Below, piece after piece: positions 62,597 through 64,000 of a stretch of DNA of 64,000 nucleotides; position 1 is the stretch's first letter; every line of letters begins with the position of its first letter. The notes under the pieces are model-generated. The model was not told the DNA's origin. It ran no database searches and saw only the letters and a list, made by a program, of their open reading frames with translations. This DNA is from Dipteris shenzhenensis. Lineage: Eukaryota. The position numbers and the translations under genes are program-made. The DNA is taken from assembly GCA_047967505.1 (NCBI GenBank), contig CM106538.1, one strand, 5' to 3'.

Positions 62597-64000
62597 GCTT
62601 GCATCTCTGTCCAAGCACTGATTGATTTAGGGTATATCTGCAACCATTGGAAGTATTAGAGAATCAACAACATGCATCGATTGTTGCAGGGACCTTCTCC
62701 TTGGCTACTAACATCCTATGTCTCTCAGGAAAGCTCAATCAAAAATATACCTGGAGTTACCCTCCGTTTGTTGATACTCAAATGCAATGCTTGTGTTGTT
62801 GAACGACGACTTAGGTGAACAAGAACAACGACGACATACTGTTGTTGTTGAATGTGAAGGGGGAGTAGGCCCACGGTGGGGAACGATCCCGGGGAGTGAA
62901 CTCAGGCCAAGACCTAGGCAGAACAAGGCAGAATGGAGGTAGGGCAGAAGAAAGGAGAACCGAATAGAGCGGAAGGTGAGGATCAACGGAGGGAGAGATT
63001 GTAGAAACAGCTCAGTAAAGACAAAAATTATCAATGCATGAGCCCCCTCCCTTTCAACTACTTGATGGGTTGGCTTGAATTGATCTTCAGGATATTTCGA
63101 CTCTGTCCGTTTATCTTCATGTTCCAGAAGACAACGGCAAGAGAGGCGCGAGAGAAATTTTACCCAACAATATCGGATTCGGACGATACAAGGAAGGATT
63201 GGCTTACGGATGCGAGTCTACAAACGGTACGGAGATTGGTATAAGAAAAAAAAACGTACGTACAGGAGGATGTGGATTGCGGTAGCCGACTAGAAGATCG
63301 GAACCGTTCTGTTTTGGAACTAACTTTATCAATGTATGGGGGGACATACTAGCTCAAATACGAAAAAGATGTATGTGAATCAAAGAAACGAGGCCTAAAG
63401 CACGTTCAGAAGCTGTGCATATGTCCTCGTACACAAGAGATGCAGGGGTGTTGCAGAAAAGAAGGCAAATTGAAAGATAAACCAAGCGACTCTCAGTACT
63501 CTACACATGTGCCACGCGACGAGATAAAGGAATTTCGTGAAGGCAAACGGGAAGATAGACTAAGCCAGTCTCACGAGCAATCGAAATATCAAGGAAGAAG
63601 CACGCGTAGCTCATACGAGCCCTTTTTGTAATCTCTACTGCATGACAAGAGCGAATCCTCCCACAGTACAGAAGTTGGATGGATTTCGAAGCATACACTC
63701 TCAGATATCGTGATGATGATTAGGAATCTACAAACTACGCAAAATCTTTACAAAATCTCATTCCATGAACAGATTCAAGTGCGAGAGTTGAACATGATTC
63801 CAACAAAAGAAAGTAGGAAGTACCACTGTTTTGTGGAAGTTGCAACAGTCAAGCGTTTGAGAAGGCATTGAACGGCAGCTCCACACACATAAAGCGGAGG
63901 GCAATCAGCTTCCTCTGCCCATAGTTTTTGTAGCAAAGGAATGAACCAATCGTCGGTGACAGGCCTTTGGCAAATGATCTGATTATTGTGAGTACACTAT

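Noticed and set aside
63000-64000. Possible divergent gene or transposase remnant upstream of CWF19L2
   Set aside because: Only short ORFs with no motif I can recognise.

Overview
Eukaryotic, plant-like DNA; the TE-swollen introns and TE types suggest a fern or other non-seed plant, which is inference only. The backbone is one minus-strand gene, CWF19L2 (spliceosome disassembly factor). Seven coding exons (62596 to 26990) join with GT-AG boundaries and consistent phases into 619 codons; the last exons must lie left of position 1. Introns of 6.5, 10.7, 15.8 and over 27 kb are filled with nested retroelements: one chromodomain Gypsy, at least six Copia copies plus remnants, a TRIM-like element, two L1/Tx1-type LINE halves and three (TC)n-tailed retroposons. 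Most junctions resolve to the base by TSD, PBS and PPT. Most striking signals: (1) dense GTAC/CCGTAC arrays (SBP-box/SPL core) in the leaders of three different Copia families; (2) covarying UNCG-loop mini-hairpins in one LTR; (3) a tRNA-Glu-type PBS on a chromovirus; (4) microsatellite-tailed elements with a shared 3' stem-loop but unrelated cargo. All counts and alignments were done by eye.
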